Shown here: positions 45,942 through 59,430 of the stretch, piece by piece
Layout of the letters: each line of letters opens with the position of its first letter
How positions within the stretch are numbered: the stretch's first letter is position 1
Assembly: GCA_001600815.1 (NCBI GenBank)
Contig: BCKZ01000010.1
Coordinates: 389,527-453,526, forward strand
From: Alloascoidea hylecoeti
Taxonomy: Eukaryota
Length of the DNA: 64,000 nucleotides
Direction of reading: 5' to 3'
The notes under the pieces: model-generated
What the model saw: the letters and a program-made list of their open reading frames with translations, nothing else
Told to the model about the DNA's origin: nothing
Database searches by the model: none
Translations under genes and position numbers: made by a program

Positions 45942-47439
45942 CTTAAACTTCAAACTTCAAACTTCAAACTTCAAAATTCTATATGTTGATTACAGAGTTA
46001 TAAATCTAAAGAGAAAAATGGATCTCAAATTTCTTTCTTATTATATATTTATATACTTTTTACCTCAAGTTCAAAGTATATGCATTCGTACGTAGTAACA
46101 TTATTTACCTAGTTGTACGACAATTACAATCAAAATTTGATTAAGCAGTGTTATTGTAAACCTGTTGTAGGTGTGCCTACATATGAAATATTATGAACAT
46201 TATGGCACCAATTGAATAAGAGATAGAGATCTAGCCCTCATCTTTCATTTCTAAATTCCCATCCTTCACCATTCACTATAAATTTTATAGATAGCTATAT
46301 CACTAGTGAGCCATAAAACTGGACTCCGGGACCATATCACATAATCAAAATTTCTGGAAATGGGCTTGAACAGTGAGAATATCAAGATATCAAGATAGCC
46401 TTGAAGAGTAAGGGTGTTATGCGGTGTGTGTTATATACTAAAAATGTAAATCATTTTTGCTAGCTTCTTACTTCAAATTCTATCGGAGCCCCGCATAAGT
46501 GAATAGGATTCCACTTGACAAAGCATCGATATTATTGTTGCAGTGATACTCGTTTAGAGCCTGTTTAAAAGAGTTAATCTCAATGATTATGATGATTTTT
46601 GCAATTTATTGATGATACACATGCCTTATTGGGGGACATGATATATAACTGAGCTGCTATTTCTTTCATGGTAACATTCACATTTCATCAATTTGATACT
46701 GATATTGTTTAGGAGAAAGAAAATTGTGCCTTTCAATTATACATGCTATAACATTTGCAATTTTACTAAATTGTGAATTCATTCTTATTGTAAATTGGAT
46801 GCATATGCATACTAACTTTGACTATAAATAAAAATGATTGTGAATCTTTTTCAAACTCATATATGATATATGAACTTCTGATTCTTAGCGTTTATTTCTA
46901 TAAGGGTAAGTTGCGGCCGGTAGCCAACCGTTCACAATGATACCTAAAATATGAAAAGCCTTCGGCGAGGTGCTTAACCGACGTAAAGGTAATAGTTGCA
47001 ATCGCTCATTGTATTACAGAAGATACGGTGAAAAAAAAATTATTGAAGAAATGAAATCAATTTCAACGACAAAATCCATCAGTTATCTGCAAGAAGAGTT
47101 GCTATAATTAATAGAGAGTCTGAAGAAGCCATTATAATTACTTGGTTCTCCACTTCAACCACAGTAAAACTATATAGGTTTATATTTCTTTAATTTTATT
47201 TTTATTTTTCAGAAAATTTTTGAATTGATATTTGATTTTCCCTTACTCAAGCTTAAGGAATCGACGGAGGAAGACCGGGTGCGTGTGCAGTTTTTTAAAT
47301 ATCTCGAAAAAAAAAAGATAGTATTATAATCAGCCACTAAATACTCGACAACGTATTAAATTGTTCCTAAATTCACATAGTGTTCCTTAGATATCAACGA
47401 TTTTAATCCATTATATAAAATGGAATTTCAAATTTAGTA

Positions 47440-47750
47440 TTTAGTGTACTCGTAATTCCTGCCTTGTGAACTTTTGTGAAAATACTTAATTAGATTCAGG
47501 CCTGTACAATAAATCGAATCTGATTCAAAGGATCGGTATGATTGTAGTGGAGGATATACTTTTCCAAGACAAGATCGTGCGACCGAACAAATAGAACACC
47601 ATTCCAAATATCATGATACCACTCCAATCTATATTCAGACAAAGCAATTCTGTTTATATGGCTCTTCTAATTCAAATAAGATCATTTACTCGAAAAAAAA
47701 TACATATTCATGTTTTTATGGAGAGGATCTTACTACTTAGGTTGTCTTTG
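47440..47750 (+). mobile_element. Possible degraded Mutator-like transposase N-terminal fragment
   Basis: Frame reads IESDSKDRYDCSGGYTF..IEHHSKYHD, loosely like the RfdC.G...H..H segment of fungal MULE transposases; flanked by stops. Confidence 0.25.
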
Positions 47751-48470
47751 ATATCCGATGTTGTATGCATGCCCACTCTGAAGCCTGCTATCAGTAATTT
47801 CTGGAGGAATTATATTATTCAAGCTGGTATTATAACAGAGGAATTGTTGTTATATTTATTTTACGGTGAACCGTACGGTTAAAGGTATTAAGCTTATCTG
47901 CTTATTTCAACAATTGAGAAGCTAATTTTATTCATATTGTAACTTTTAATACTCTTAGGTGGTTGCAAATGCTTTTTAGTGGTAGAATTACCTGAGTCCT
48001 CGTTTAACGGAATTATGGAAGTCATTCTATAGAGAATTTTTAAAAAGGGATTCTTTTTAGAGTGGTATCCAAAAAAGCTAAGCTTGGAATCTTACCAGAC
48101 TGTTTTTATTTTTCAAAATAAATGGCGATACTTTAAATCAATTTCAAGTGCCCACATGGTAATATATATATGATGGTATGGGTATTTTAAACTATAATAT
48201 CAGCAATCTTTGTTGAGAAGGATATATGTACTGTTATTTGAGAAATCATTAATTAAACTAATTTATATAGAATTCTAGAAAGAAGTTATCGGTTTTGTGG
48301 AAGGAGGGCTGGCCTCCAGGGGCAATTCAAGTTTGCTTCATCTAGAAAAAAATTATCGATATATTCAAGAATAAACTATCTGTTTATAATTATTGAAGAT
48401 TAATGAAGGCCGAAATGGTGACGATTAAAAGTTTATCCATGAGATACTCGTAATACACTAAATAAATTGA

Positions 48471-48929
48471 TTACAAATTATCACCCTTCGCCCTTTTCAA
48501 TGATATTCCGCATGTTACTTTTAAATGTTTGCTTAGACCACTCTTTGAAATAGTAAGGCCTTCGAAAGCTTTTGATAACGCATCCTGCATCCCTTTTAAC
48601 GTGACTGTAGGGTCTTTGTCAATAATTTTCTTCAAAAATTGGTCGTGCTCAGGGGTTAATTTGACTGGCCTTCCTCGAGATCCCACTCCGTCATCAATAT
48701 AAGGATTATCATCTAGCTTTTCATTCTTGAGCCATCCCTTTACAGTAGATGGTGGGATTCCTAAATGACTTGCAGCACCCCGTGCACTGTATAGGTGATT
48801 ATGGACAAGATTAAATACTTCCTCTTTATCTTTTGCTGTATATTTCGTATACTTGCTTCTTCGCTTTCCTTGAAGAGTAGCTGTTGGATTATCAATGTTT
48901 CCCTTGGTACTATTACTGTCACCATTCAT
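48471..48929 (-). mobile_element. IS630-Tc1-mariner transposase N-terminal double HTH, truncated before the DDE domain
   Basis: YTKYT..SARGAASHLGIPPSTVKGW (HTH1), GRPVKLT linker, DPTVTLKGMQDAL..ISKSGLSKHLK (HTH2), GISLKR, then stop. Confidence 0.8.
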
Positions 48930-50079
48930 TTGGAAATATCGTCCTCAATTGTTTTGAGTTCAAAATAAGTAAAAGAGTAGCCGAAAACTTGTGATCGACA
49001 TGGCCGAATATTTAGATAATCACGTGATACCATATTTGGGCACTACATGTTTGAAATTGAGTGGTTGATAATCGATTCATAAAAGCACAAGTGTAGACCT
49101 ATAACTTATGTCATAATAATAATTGAATCAGTTGTTATTGCTTAGAATGACTCTACATCGAATACAGAAATTAATAATTATATACACACCTTTACACATA
49201 GCGCTATTTTTGAAAATAATTAGCGACATGTCTGGGTGTTAATTAGCGATATTTCCCTTTACTAATTAGCGTTTGCTTTGGAAATTGATTAAAATAATTT
49301 CTAGTAATTAGTTAGCGATATAATAAGTTATTTGAAGTTGCAATTTTTCCGCTTTAAATTCGCCGCATTGGAGAGAAGTTTTCGTTACTTTCGTATGTGT
49401 ATTTTCGGTACTTGTAAAATTTAAATTTTAGTTATCGGAATGATCTTATTTTTAGTCACTCGGCTTTGAATTATTTGGACGTACATTTGATGCATATTTT
49501 GTTACTATTTTTGACATTGCGTAGAGAAATTAGTTCGCCACTTCAATTTTGAATATTTCGACATTATGAATGTAAATTAGTTTGTGAGGCAACCGTTGGC
49601 CAGGGGAATGACCGGGACATTTAGCGACATTGTCGGTATGCATTTTCCACGAAATAAGGTTAAGGTTACGAGGATGTTGCAGAAAGAAAGCAAGGCTGAA
49701 AATTAGACTCCTATTGTAACTAATTTTACGTATTAATTTTACGTATTAATTATACATAGCAGAATAATAATAAGATACAAATAGTAATATGATTCAATTA
49801 TAATAATCTTTCAATAACCAACTTAGATAAGATAATTTACTCTTTGTACAATCTCTATTTCTATAAACTACCGCTGTGTTAACAACCAGTACCTATTAAT
49901 TGTCCCATGAACAATCCTTATTTATAAATAGAGGATCTCCCAACTACTTCACATTACAAATTAATCTATTCCTTTCCGAGCGCACTCCACATAACAAGAA
50001 TTAAGAGGAAAAATTTTGTATTTTGTATAAAATTAGTGTGTTCAACATAACTTTCTGGCGGAGCCAACTCACATTTTCT

Positions 50080-51586
50080 TATACAATTTTTTTTACACTC
50101 CATAATCATGATATCCTTTCCTATTAACCCCAGATGTGTAAATAGATCTGAATACACAGAGCGTTTAACAAATACCAGTGACTGCACTAAGAAAAATGAA
50201 AAATTCGAACAATGGACAGCTTACTATTAATTTCAAAAACAAAGAGAACGTTTTATGTTCCAGGCGAAATTATTGGAACCATGCCTAGTTAATCAGCTCC
50301 ATGAACCTTTGCCTCCTAGTTTTGAGGACATATTCATCCCTAAAATGTATGAGAGTTTCCATAAAGGTTCTACAACTCAAATGATTCGTTATTTCAATCA
50401 CAGATCAGAGAATCACCCACAGAAATTTTACAGCAGCCATGGTATGGTATGTAATACATGTGTGCTCCACAATGGATATGGCCTTGGCTATCAAAACCTT
50501 CCACATGTATTTCATATGTGCCGTATTTCTGCGGCTAAAGTTTTACCTAATAATTTTAAAGATGATAGTCTAAATATCTCACACACAAAGGTTTGCATAA
50601 TTTATTGTATTGAAGCTAAAATCGAAAATTATACGACATTTACTTCATCTGACACACAACCAATTAAAACAATGAAGGTATAAGGTTCCTTCAACATCAT
50701 CCCTTCTTATCCTGCACTTTCGCCTTGCATGTTGGAGTTATATCTCGATAAGACTAAATATATATAGGAATCTAAATGAGAGTCTGGAATTTAAAACAAT
50801 TCACTCCATATATTCTAAAACGGGGAAGTTATGTTTTCATAAACATTTTGAATGGTCAGCGGAGAATTCAACGATCTGCTCGATCAATAACCCAACCATC
50901 TCAACTATCGAAGTGATCACACCTCGTCCTGATCCAATGCTATTTTCACAAGATATGGGACTTAATGGAATTTATGACCTTTCTCGGAAACCTAAAGTTT
51001 ATCCGAAAGGAAATATCAAATTGACTAGTTATTTAGTATTTCCTTTGAAGTTCATTTATGCTCCAAAAATAATTGATGGAACTAGAGAGGCTCCACCCAT
51101 TATATCAGTGAAGCCACACTTACAAGTTCAGACTATCATAGCAATGCCTAATTCAGCCTGAAACAGATATAACAAGTTTAGAGAATACGCTCTAAAATAT
51201 AATATCCAGGACATTACAAGAATGCTGTTGGTGGTCATGCGAAATTTGATCCTGAGGGCCACATAAAATTGGATGGTTGCATTGATGGTAACATTGAAAT
51301 ACCCCCTTTTGCTTCTGATTTTGGTCCGAATTTTAAAACCTGTTACTTATCAAGATCTTATAAAATAGAATTTAAAATTGAGTTAAAATCACATTTTCAA
51401 GTACCAAAAATAGATGTATTTAAAAGAAAATTAATGAAAATACAAGGTTCTATTACTAACATCAGCGACACTGAATCAATTGAGCTAAATGATAGTTCAT
51501 TTTCCTCAATGCCTTTATGCACCAATGGATATTCTAGTTTTAAAGTCCCTATTGACATTTTATTAAAGGCCAGGGCATATACTTAA
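50080..51586 (+). pseudogene. Fragmented arrestin-like (ART/Bul-type) gene
   Basis: Three same-strand ORF pieces with LPPSF, IIYCIEAKI, PNFKTCYLSRSYKIEFKI, VPIDIL, separated by in-frame stops (MKV*GSFNIIPSYP..YI*ESK*) and frameshifts; no convincing introns. Confidence 0.55.
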
Positions 51587-51959
51587 ACATTTCCGTATCT
51601 TTTTCGGAAGAAGAATTCTTGACTAGTTTGTATATCATACAAATTAAAGAATGTTCTTACATGTGCCGATTAATGTGTACAACCCGGTCAAGATGGTGTT
51701 ATAGCTGAAAGTTGCTAATGAAAAGTAGAGATCTATATCTATAAGTGAAATATTCTGAGAATATTTATACGAATGAATTGGATTGTTTATTAAAGGTATA
51801 AGGTTAATATAGCTATTTATATAGGCTACCAAATTTGTCATATACTCACTCTATTTGTTACTTTCGTCATGCATATGCATATCATTCATTAAAGCTTGCA
51901 AATATTTGCAATTAATTGTATATATATTGATCTTCCCCATAACTATAACTTATAGGACA

Positions 51960-53674
51960 TTAAGATTTAATAACAGCATTCAAACCAGCACCAAAAAGAC
52001 CTCTAACATCTTTTGAATTTCTTTTCGAAAATATAACCAAAATTGCAAAACTCAAAGCAAATGATAATTGTTCCAATTTAATTCTCAATGGAGTTACTTC
52101 AGTTGGCATAATAGTTCCTAAAGACTTAGGAGCAGCTATAAAGAGAATATTGTTAGTATGGTATTAGTAGTATAGCGGTATATTGTGAATATAGGTATGA
52201 ATACGTACTGAAAAGGGCAAGTTCACGACGACGCGAAGGCAGCTCAATTATAGAACCTATCAGTAAAAAGAAAAAATAAGTTAGAACCAAAATTTTAAAA
52301 GCTTTCATAATGTATTCAATATATTTCAATTGAGATTATAATCAATCAATACATATACTTACTTAAACCGCAAGCTAAGCTGGCAGCCAATGGAGCTGAA
52401 GTTTTATCAAAAGCAGTTTGATGTAAATGTGGGAATAATTTAGGTCCTAATCGTGTCCTTACCAAACAAACAGGATACCAATTTAAAACAATAAATAAAG
52501 CTAAAAATGTTGATGATCTGATTGTATTTTTTAAAACTCCTAACAGAGGTCTTTTAGTTCTTAACATCGCTAATAAATTAATAGGAAGATAAATCTATAA
52601 TTATATAAATTTAATATTAGTGTCTATCTTTTTTAACAGAACACGATTACCCGTATGTTAATTTATAACATACCATAAGAGCAGATTTAAAACCTCTATA
52701 AAATCTCCAAAGAGCATGAATTTCACAATTTTCAAATCGATTTTGATGAATAACGCGACAAGGAATGGGACATGTCTATATTAAAAATATTAAAATATTA
52801 GTAAAAACCAGTATAACAGTTGTAATTTCAAATTACTTACCTTTGTAGGATCGACTAACTCTTTATCCAAACCATATCTTTCACAAACTGGATTCAAGAC
52901 ATCATCATGCTCACCTCTCTTACCATAAGTCCATTCTCCATGGTGTAACATTCTTAATGTATCAACAATTTCATCATCCATTGCGGCAGCTTTTGTAATC
53001 CATGCCCGATAAGAAGGTGTTAATTTTTCAGGATATAAGAACCAACAAAACATAATTGGGGTTGTTGAACAACAAAATAAAAACACATCTCCAACTGATT
53101 TTAACCACGTTGGAGCTAAATGACCCAAAGTTGAAGATATAACTGTATCTGCAGCTCTTGTTAAAAGAATTAAATTAAGATCTTGAGATGCAAATCTACT
53201 ATGTTTTAAAGTAAAGCCTTGAAATCTTGGAAATGTCAATAAAGCAGATATAAAAGCTGCTGAAAATGAAGGAAGATGTTTAAATCGACCTTTATGCGGT
53301 ACAAACGGAAGAGCTTTTAATGTTGTTTCCAAGATATGAAACCCAGCAATTAATGTACCGCAAAAGGCAGGGAATCTTTCAGGTCTTAATGCTTTTAAAA
53401 GTAGCCGAGGAATTTCGGAAATTAAAGATTTTGCATCATTTTTCTTTATTTTTGCAGATATTCTAGAAATCAATTTTGGAATACAAATGTAAAGATAGGC
53501 AATCAGAAAGGCTTTCGAACCACTATTGAACATTAAAAAAAAATTTAGTCAACCCGTATATATGTAAAATTAGTGACAATACACAACTTACGTCGTGAAT
53601 GCTGTTTTATTCAGCTTCAAAATATTGAGCAACAAGACTTGATTTGTTGGTCTCACGTATACTGTTTTTTGCAT
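51960..53674 (-). CDS. TMEM135/PXMP4-like membrane protein, 6 exons (introns 53591-53523, 52840-52776, 52673-52595, 52362-52257, 52208-52136)
   Basis: Splicing gives one frame: IMFCWFLYPEKLTPSYRAWITKAA, CPIPCRVIH..CE.HA, IYLPIN, RSSTFLA, IELPSRRRELALFTAPK. Confidence 0.85.
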
Positions 53675-53976
53675 TTTGATAAATCAATTATTATTTTGAA
53701 GGTGTTTAATGTTTGTCAAAGAGATTTAAAACTGTTCAGCACGTGAAAACTAACAGGAATTTATAATTAGAAAAACTCAAATTTTAGTTTATAACTAGCG
53801 TGTTTTTATATCAATTATACGTATTAATTATAATGGTACCATAAGCACTTATTTATCCACTTGTTCAGAATGAAAAAAGATGGTTGTTGGGTCTTAAAAA
53901 TATTAGTAATTGCTTACTAAAATCTTTACATAGACGTATTATATTTTGGGAACTTCTCCTTTTTTTAACCATCAAC

Positions 53977-56900
53977 ATGGAAATCGACACTCCACAAGGA
54001 ATTGAGAAACCACTTTTAGAATTTATCGGTATGTTCTTTTAGATTTTTTGTTCCTAAATAAAAATTGCTTACAGTAATATAATTATTTTCAGAGGTCGCA
54101 AAGTCAGCAATTGCCTTTTTTCAAAAGACTGATGATAAACTAAATAATGATGATCTTACAAAATTAAAATTCAGATTCCATTCTCTTATTCCCATGGCAG
54201 AATCAACAATTAAATCAATAAGGAGATCCAAAGCAGAGGTGAATGAATCATTGATAAAGAATCTTGATGTTTCTGGTATTTATAAGTCGTTGCAATTATT
54301 TAAAAACCACAACTTCAAACATGTAATGTTATATTATATTAACGATACATAAAGGCTCAATGTTGTGGAATGGAGTAACAATGGTTTCAAGAAGCGAGAT
54401 AACTTCAATTGACCCAAAATTAATTTGTGAAGGTACTTTTCTTCTTTTGAAATCTCTTGTCAGAGTATAATGCCTAACTTTTCAAAATTGATATGATAGC
54501 TAAATTATTTGCGAGCCTTCTTTTGGAAATACACGAATCTTTTAGTAAATCCATTCCAAGTTTGTACCTATTTAATTGATTTTAAAATATTATGATGAAT
54601 CATAATCGCTAAAATATTTTAACAGGCAAGTTTCGGGTTTTCAGATGTTTGATAAAAACTATGGGGTCATGTTTAGGTACTTTTCACAATTTCAACTTTA
54701 AAAATCTTATGTTAAGTATTAATGGTTTTACTAAGGAGAAATTTTCACTCTATAGAATCCCATTTTTTGGATCTTGCAAAGAAAATACAAGATAGAACAG
54801 AATTATTCTTTACAGAAATATCTAAAGTTTCACCATCATTTGATGAGGCTACTCAAAATAGATTTTGGTTTCTTGAAGTGGAGTTATACATTATAAACTC
54901 ACAAATTGTAATACTTGATCTTACTTTATTTGTTATATTTTTGTATGATTTTGGCTAACGTTAATTGAAATAATATAAATAGGCATTACAAGAATCAGAT
55001 TTCACATTAGCACGATTTTATATTTCAAAAGTATCATTTGAATCCAATAATCTCAAAGTTCAAATTAGTTTCAATTCATTAATTGAATTTTCACGTTCTT
55101 TATTTAATTGCTGTCTTAATGTTTTTGAAAAAAAAGAATATGATGAATGTGTTTATTGGCTTAAATTAATTCTTAGTAATCATGGTATTGATTCATTGGA
55201 AAATAATCATAATCAAATGAAAATTCAAGAAGAATTTGAAAAAAGTAATTATTTAAGGGAAGTTATTTTTAATGTCTTAAAACTTCTAGTTAGATGTTTA
55301 ATAATTTTAGGAAAAGAGGATGATTTAAAAGAAGCTGAACGTTTTGCAACAAAGTTTGAATCTGTAAGATGTTTTAAAATCAGTTATAATCATAAATATA
55401 TCATTAATAATGGTATCTATTATATTGGATAGATATTTCAATCAACAATTGAAGTTTTTCAAATTCAGTTACAAATACAGAAGTTAAGAAGTAGTTCTCT
55501 TGAGAAGCAAGAAGAAAGTATGTTCTAAACTTCAGTTTAAATAAAATATATCCAAATACAACTAAACTAGAGATTTAACGACTCAAAACTAACAATCTCA
55601 ATTATTTTATCAAGCCTTGATGAGGATGATCACTTCCATAAACATTACAGAAGAATATAATCAGTGAGTTTCTCACCGCTTTAAATATCACATACAATAA
55701 TCTTGATAACTAACAAATCAATCTCATATACAAAGAGTTCTTCCTTTAATATGCTCTCATGCTAAAATTGATCCCAAATGTACATTAAGATGTCTTGATT
55801 ATATCTTTGCAAATAAATTGAATCCCGAGAATGATCAAGAAAATTTGGAAAAATGTTTAGTTTCAAGAGTTTGGGTTTCAACTACGTTAGATGGCTTAGA
55901 TGATAATGAGAGAATTAATGATTTGAAATGTTTTATTGAAAGTATGAATTAACCATTGATTCTTCAAATTAATTCTAACCTATTTATTAGATGCCGAAAA
56001 ACTCTTTCATGATCCATTATCAACAAATACAACACTTTCAGCCCTCACTGTAAGTAATTTTCAATAGTTATCTTTTCTTTAGAATTATAACTAACAATAT
56101 ACTATTTATAGTTGTTATGGAACGCAGGTAGTATAAAACAAAAGAGGAAATTATTTCAAGAAGCAAGTGAATGGTTTCAATTAGGATTATCTCGACTTTT
56201 CTTAAACAACAACCATAATAATATTCAAGAAGATAAAGATAAAATTCAAAGAAGATTACAAGAATGTTATTTAGAACAAGAAAATTACAATAAAGTAAAA
56301 GAAATCTTTGAAACTATGAATAATGAATGTCAAAATAATCATATTACTCAATATAATATGTTTAGAACATATTTACAAGAAAATTATAAACATAATTATA
56401 ATAATGATAATATTGAAACTGATTTTTCAAAATCAAATTCTATTATTGATAAAGCTGAGAAATGTATTGATTTAATTGCAAAATCAAAAACTATTGAATC
56501 TGCAAAAATATTAACTGCTTGTATTTTAACAACAAGAGATTTAAGTTCAAAAGTTAATAATAAATCAAAAATAACAATTTATGGAATGACTAAATTATTA
56601 GAATTTGTAAATGATGAATCATATAAAAACATTCATGATAATGGTAATAAATTTAAAGAAGATATTGATAATTTGGTTTATATTTCATCATCATTAAGAT
56701 TTACAATTCAGTTAATATTAAATGAATTTAATTTAGAAAATCAAGAACCAATGTATCAAAAAGAATGTATTCAAATGATTTTAAATATTCTTTATCAAGC
56801 AAAAAGTATTGCTAATATTAAATCAACTGATATTAATCTTGCAATTGATCATGATGATGTTGAACCGATAAATATAATACAAAAGAAAAACTTTTTCACA

Positions 56901-58611
56901 AGTGATGAATTAAATTGGTTATTTGTTCAAACATATAATTGTGGACATAAATGTTATACCATGGGGTTTATTCATGAGGCTATTCAGTTAGCATCATATT
57001 CTAAAGACGTAAGTACTTACATACAATCTTATACAATTATAAATAATTATGCTAATATTAACAATTTTTAGTTCGTTTTCAATATACGAGATACGGAAAT
57101 TGCTCATACTGAAAGGCTTTATGAATGGAAAAGAAGAGTTCTATTGTTACTTTTAACAAGTTGGAAAAAAGATGCAGAATCTTCTGGGCCTGATCTAGGA
57201 GATACAAAATGGGTTGATGTCGAAAGATTAAGTATTAAACTTCGTACTTTCATTGATGAAAAGAGAAAAAAAGATTCTACAAGTTTAAGTAATGATGACC
57301 AAAATACATTTATGGTAGCTTTAATGACACAATTTCAAATTTGTCTTGAACGAAACCAATGGTCTGTGTTAAACACTCTTATTGAAGTATGACATTCAAT
57401 CTTCAAGTTCTTTTTAACCATCTATCTTGATGAACTATTACAATTATTGAGTTATTTAACTAACAGTCGAATTTTTTTCAAATTTAGGAGGTTTTGCTAC
57501 TAAACACTGAAATTCGAGGACAAACATTTGAACTTATTGTTAATTTATTGTGGGGTAAAAAAGTTAAATTCTATGCAGAAGGTATGACATAAATTTCTTA
57601 ACCACAAAAATAATATCCCGCGATATTTAAAGATAAACTACGCTTTATATTCAATATTATGTTTACAATTGAATGATTTGCTATAATTTATTGCTCTCAA
57701 ACTTTTTTAGTTAACATTTGGTGTTGTAACAATTCTAGAACAATTTAAACTATTAATGGTTAGTGCATATTAATTAAATATTAATAATTCCAACAATAAC
57801 GTTCGATTGGGACGTAATTAAAAAGCCTTGTGAAGCTCTAAAAATCTCACACGTGTTTTACGAAATAACTTAAACACGGTTTACTAACAATTTTAGATTA
57901 TTTTAAATAATGTGATTGGTGATAAGTATCTTGATACAAGTAAATTTGCTAAATGGACACGTTTAGCTATTGAAATTGGAGTGAAAACCCCTTCAGTTGA
58001 TTCTGAAATGATGAAATTTATTGGTCAAGTTTATTCTCGAATACGATTGAATTCGGCAACGGAACGAGAAGTAAGTAATATAAGTTTCGTATCCGAATAA
58101 AATCGCTCACACAACTTAAACTATATCTGCAGGAACGACAATTACAACGGGAAGGATTTCATATTAATTCGAACGAAAACGGTATATATCCGCCGCATGA
58201 GGCTCAATGGTTAGGTAAGTAAAAATTTGTTAATGGTGATGAGTTTTTCGGCTTTTGCGAGATTTGATTGCGGCGGCGAAATTGCACATGAAATAGTTCA
58301 ATATCTGGATGTGAAACTAAGATCTTTCTCATAATCAAGCGACTACTCTTTGGAATCATGGGATATCTCAAATAAGGTAAGTTTTAGGTTTGAAGGAAGG
58401 CAATGAAATGAATTTCTAGCATTGAATTAACAATAGTTTTAACAGTTGTTTAAAGAAACCAGAGGGTCGAATGTGGTGTTCGAAAGCCATAATGATTGCC
58501 GGGTTTACGAATGAAAGACTACAGCAGCAGTTGGAGCAGCAACTTGAAAAATTATTGGGAGAGCTAACTGCAGCGGGGTGGGAACATGGTGATCGGGATG
58601 GTAACCTCTAG
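53977..58611 (+). CDS. SPO22: Meiotic TPR protein Spo22/Zip4 (TEX11 family), 19 exons
   Basis: Manual splicing yields a continuous frame with GSMLWN, CVYWLK, LLWNAG..ASEWFQL, ELNWLFVQTYN, AKWTR, YPPHEAQWLATTLWNHG, WCSKAI; stop TAG 58609-58611. Confidence 0.82.
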
Positions 58612-59430
58612 CGGAAGTACCATGACGATCAACTGACGATCAGAGCTTCATAACAACCAATGAAAAATCACATCATCAAGTGAAATGAAAGATTAAAATT
58701 GGGAGTATAAGTTACTATTGGCTCTGGTTGTTTTTCGTTTATAACAATAGGCTTATTTAGAAGATTTCTTGATAAAATTTGCTATAATTAGATACACACA
58801 ACATTAATCAGAATCTACAATCAAGAAACTTTAAATTTTAACTACGAATACGAATGGTAGAATTCTGTGGCAATGATGGGCGTGAGTTGTCACAGCGTAG
58901 GGATTGTATGGTTAGATAAAGTAACTGATTTCTACAGTTGACGGATAGATTGCAGCTAGAGGAAGGCATCTGCAACTTTGCAGAGTCATTCAAGGAGATG
59001 ATTGTTCAATTATAATAAAATATTTAAATTTTAAAACCGTTATTTTTTGCAAGTATAATTTGCAACTTATGCTCGAAAAAATGCAAACAAAAATAGCCGC
59101 GATCTTTAAATTTATTTATACATCTTTTTAGGAGGTGGTGCAAGGCGAAAATCGTAATTATAATTGTGAAATTCCCTCAATTAGCATGTGGCACGTGTCG
59201 CTGGCGGTTTGTATGCCAAAAAACTTAAAAAACGCCAAAAATGATACAAATATAATTTAAATTATTTTAAATTTATCCGATTTACCTCATCGAAATTATA
59301 AACAAGAAAAGTATTCAGAAAAGTATATAAATCCAAAATATCCCATCTTTATTCCTCCGCCTACAGACTTATTTGTTTACAACTCAGATATTCTATATTT
59401 ACATTAAGCACGAACACAAACACAAACACG

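Noticed and set aside
50080..51586. Stop-codon reassignment or readthrough explaining in-frame stops
   Set aside because: Intact genes end in TAA, TAG and TGA, and frameshifts are also present; decay is simpler.
54722..58100. Separate ORFs 54722, 55196, 56112, 57144, 57912
   Set aside because: They are exons of the single SPO22 gene.
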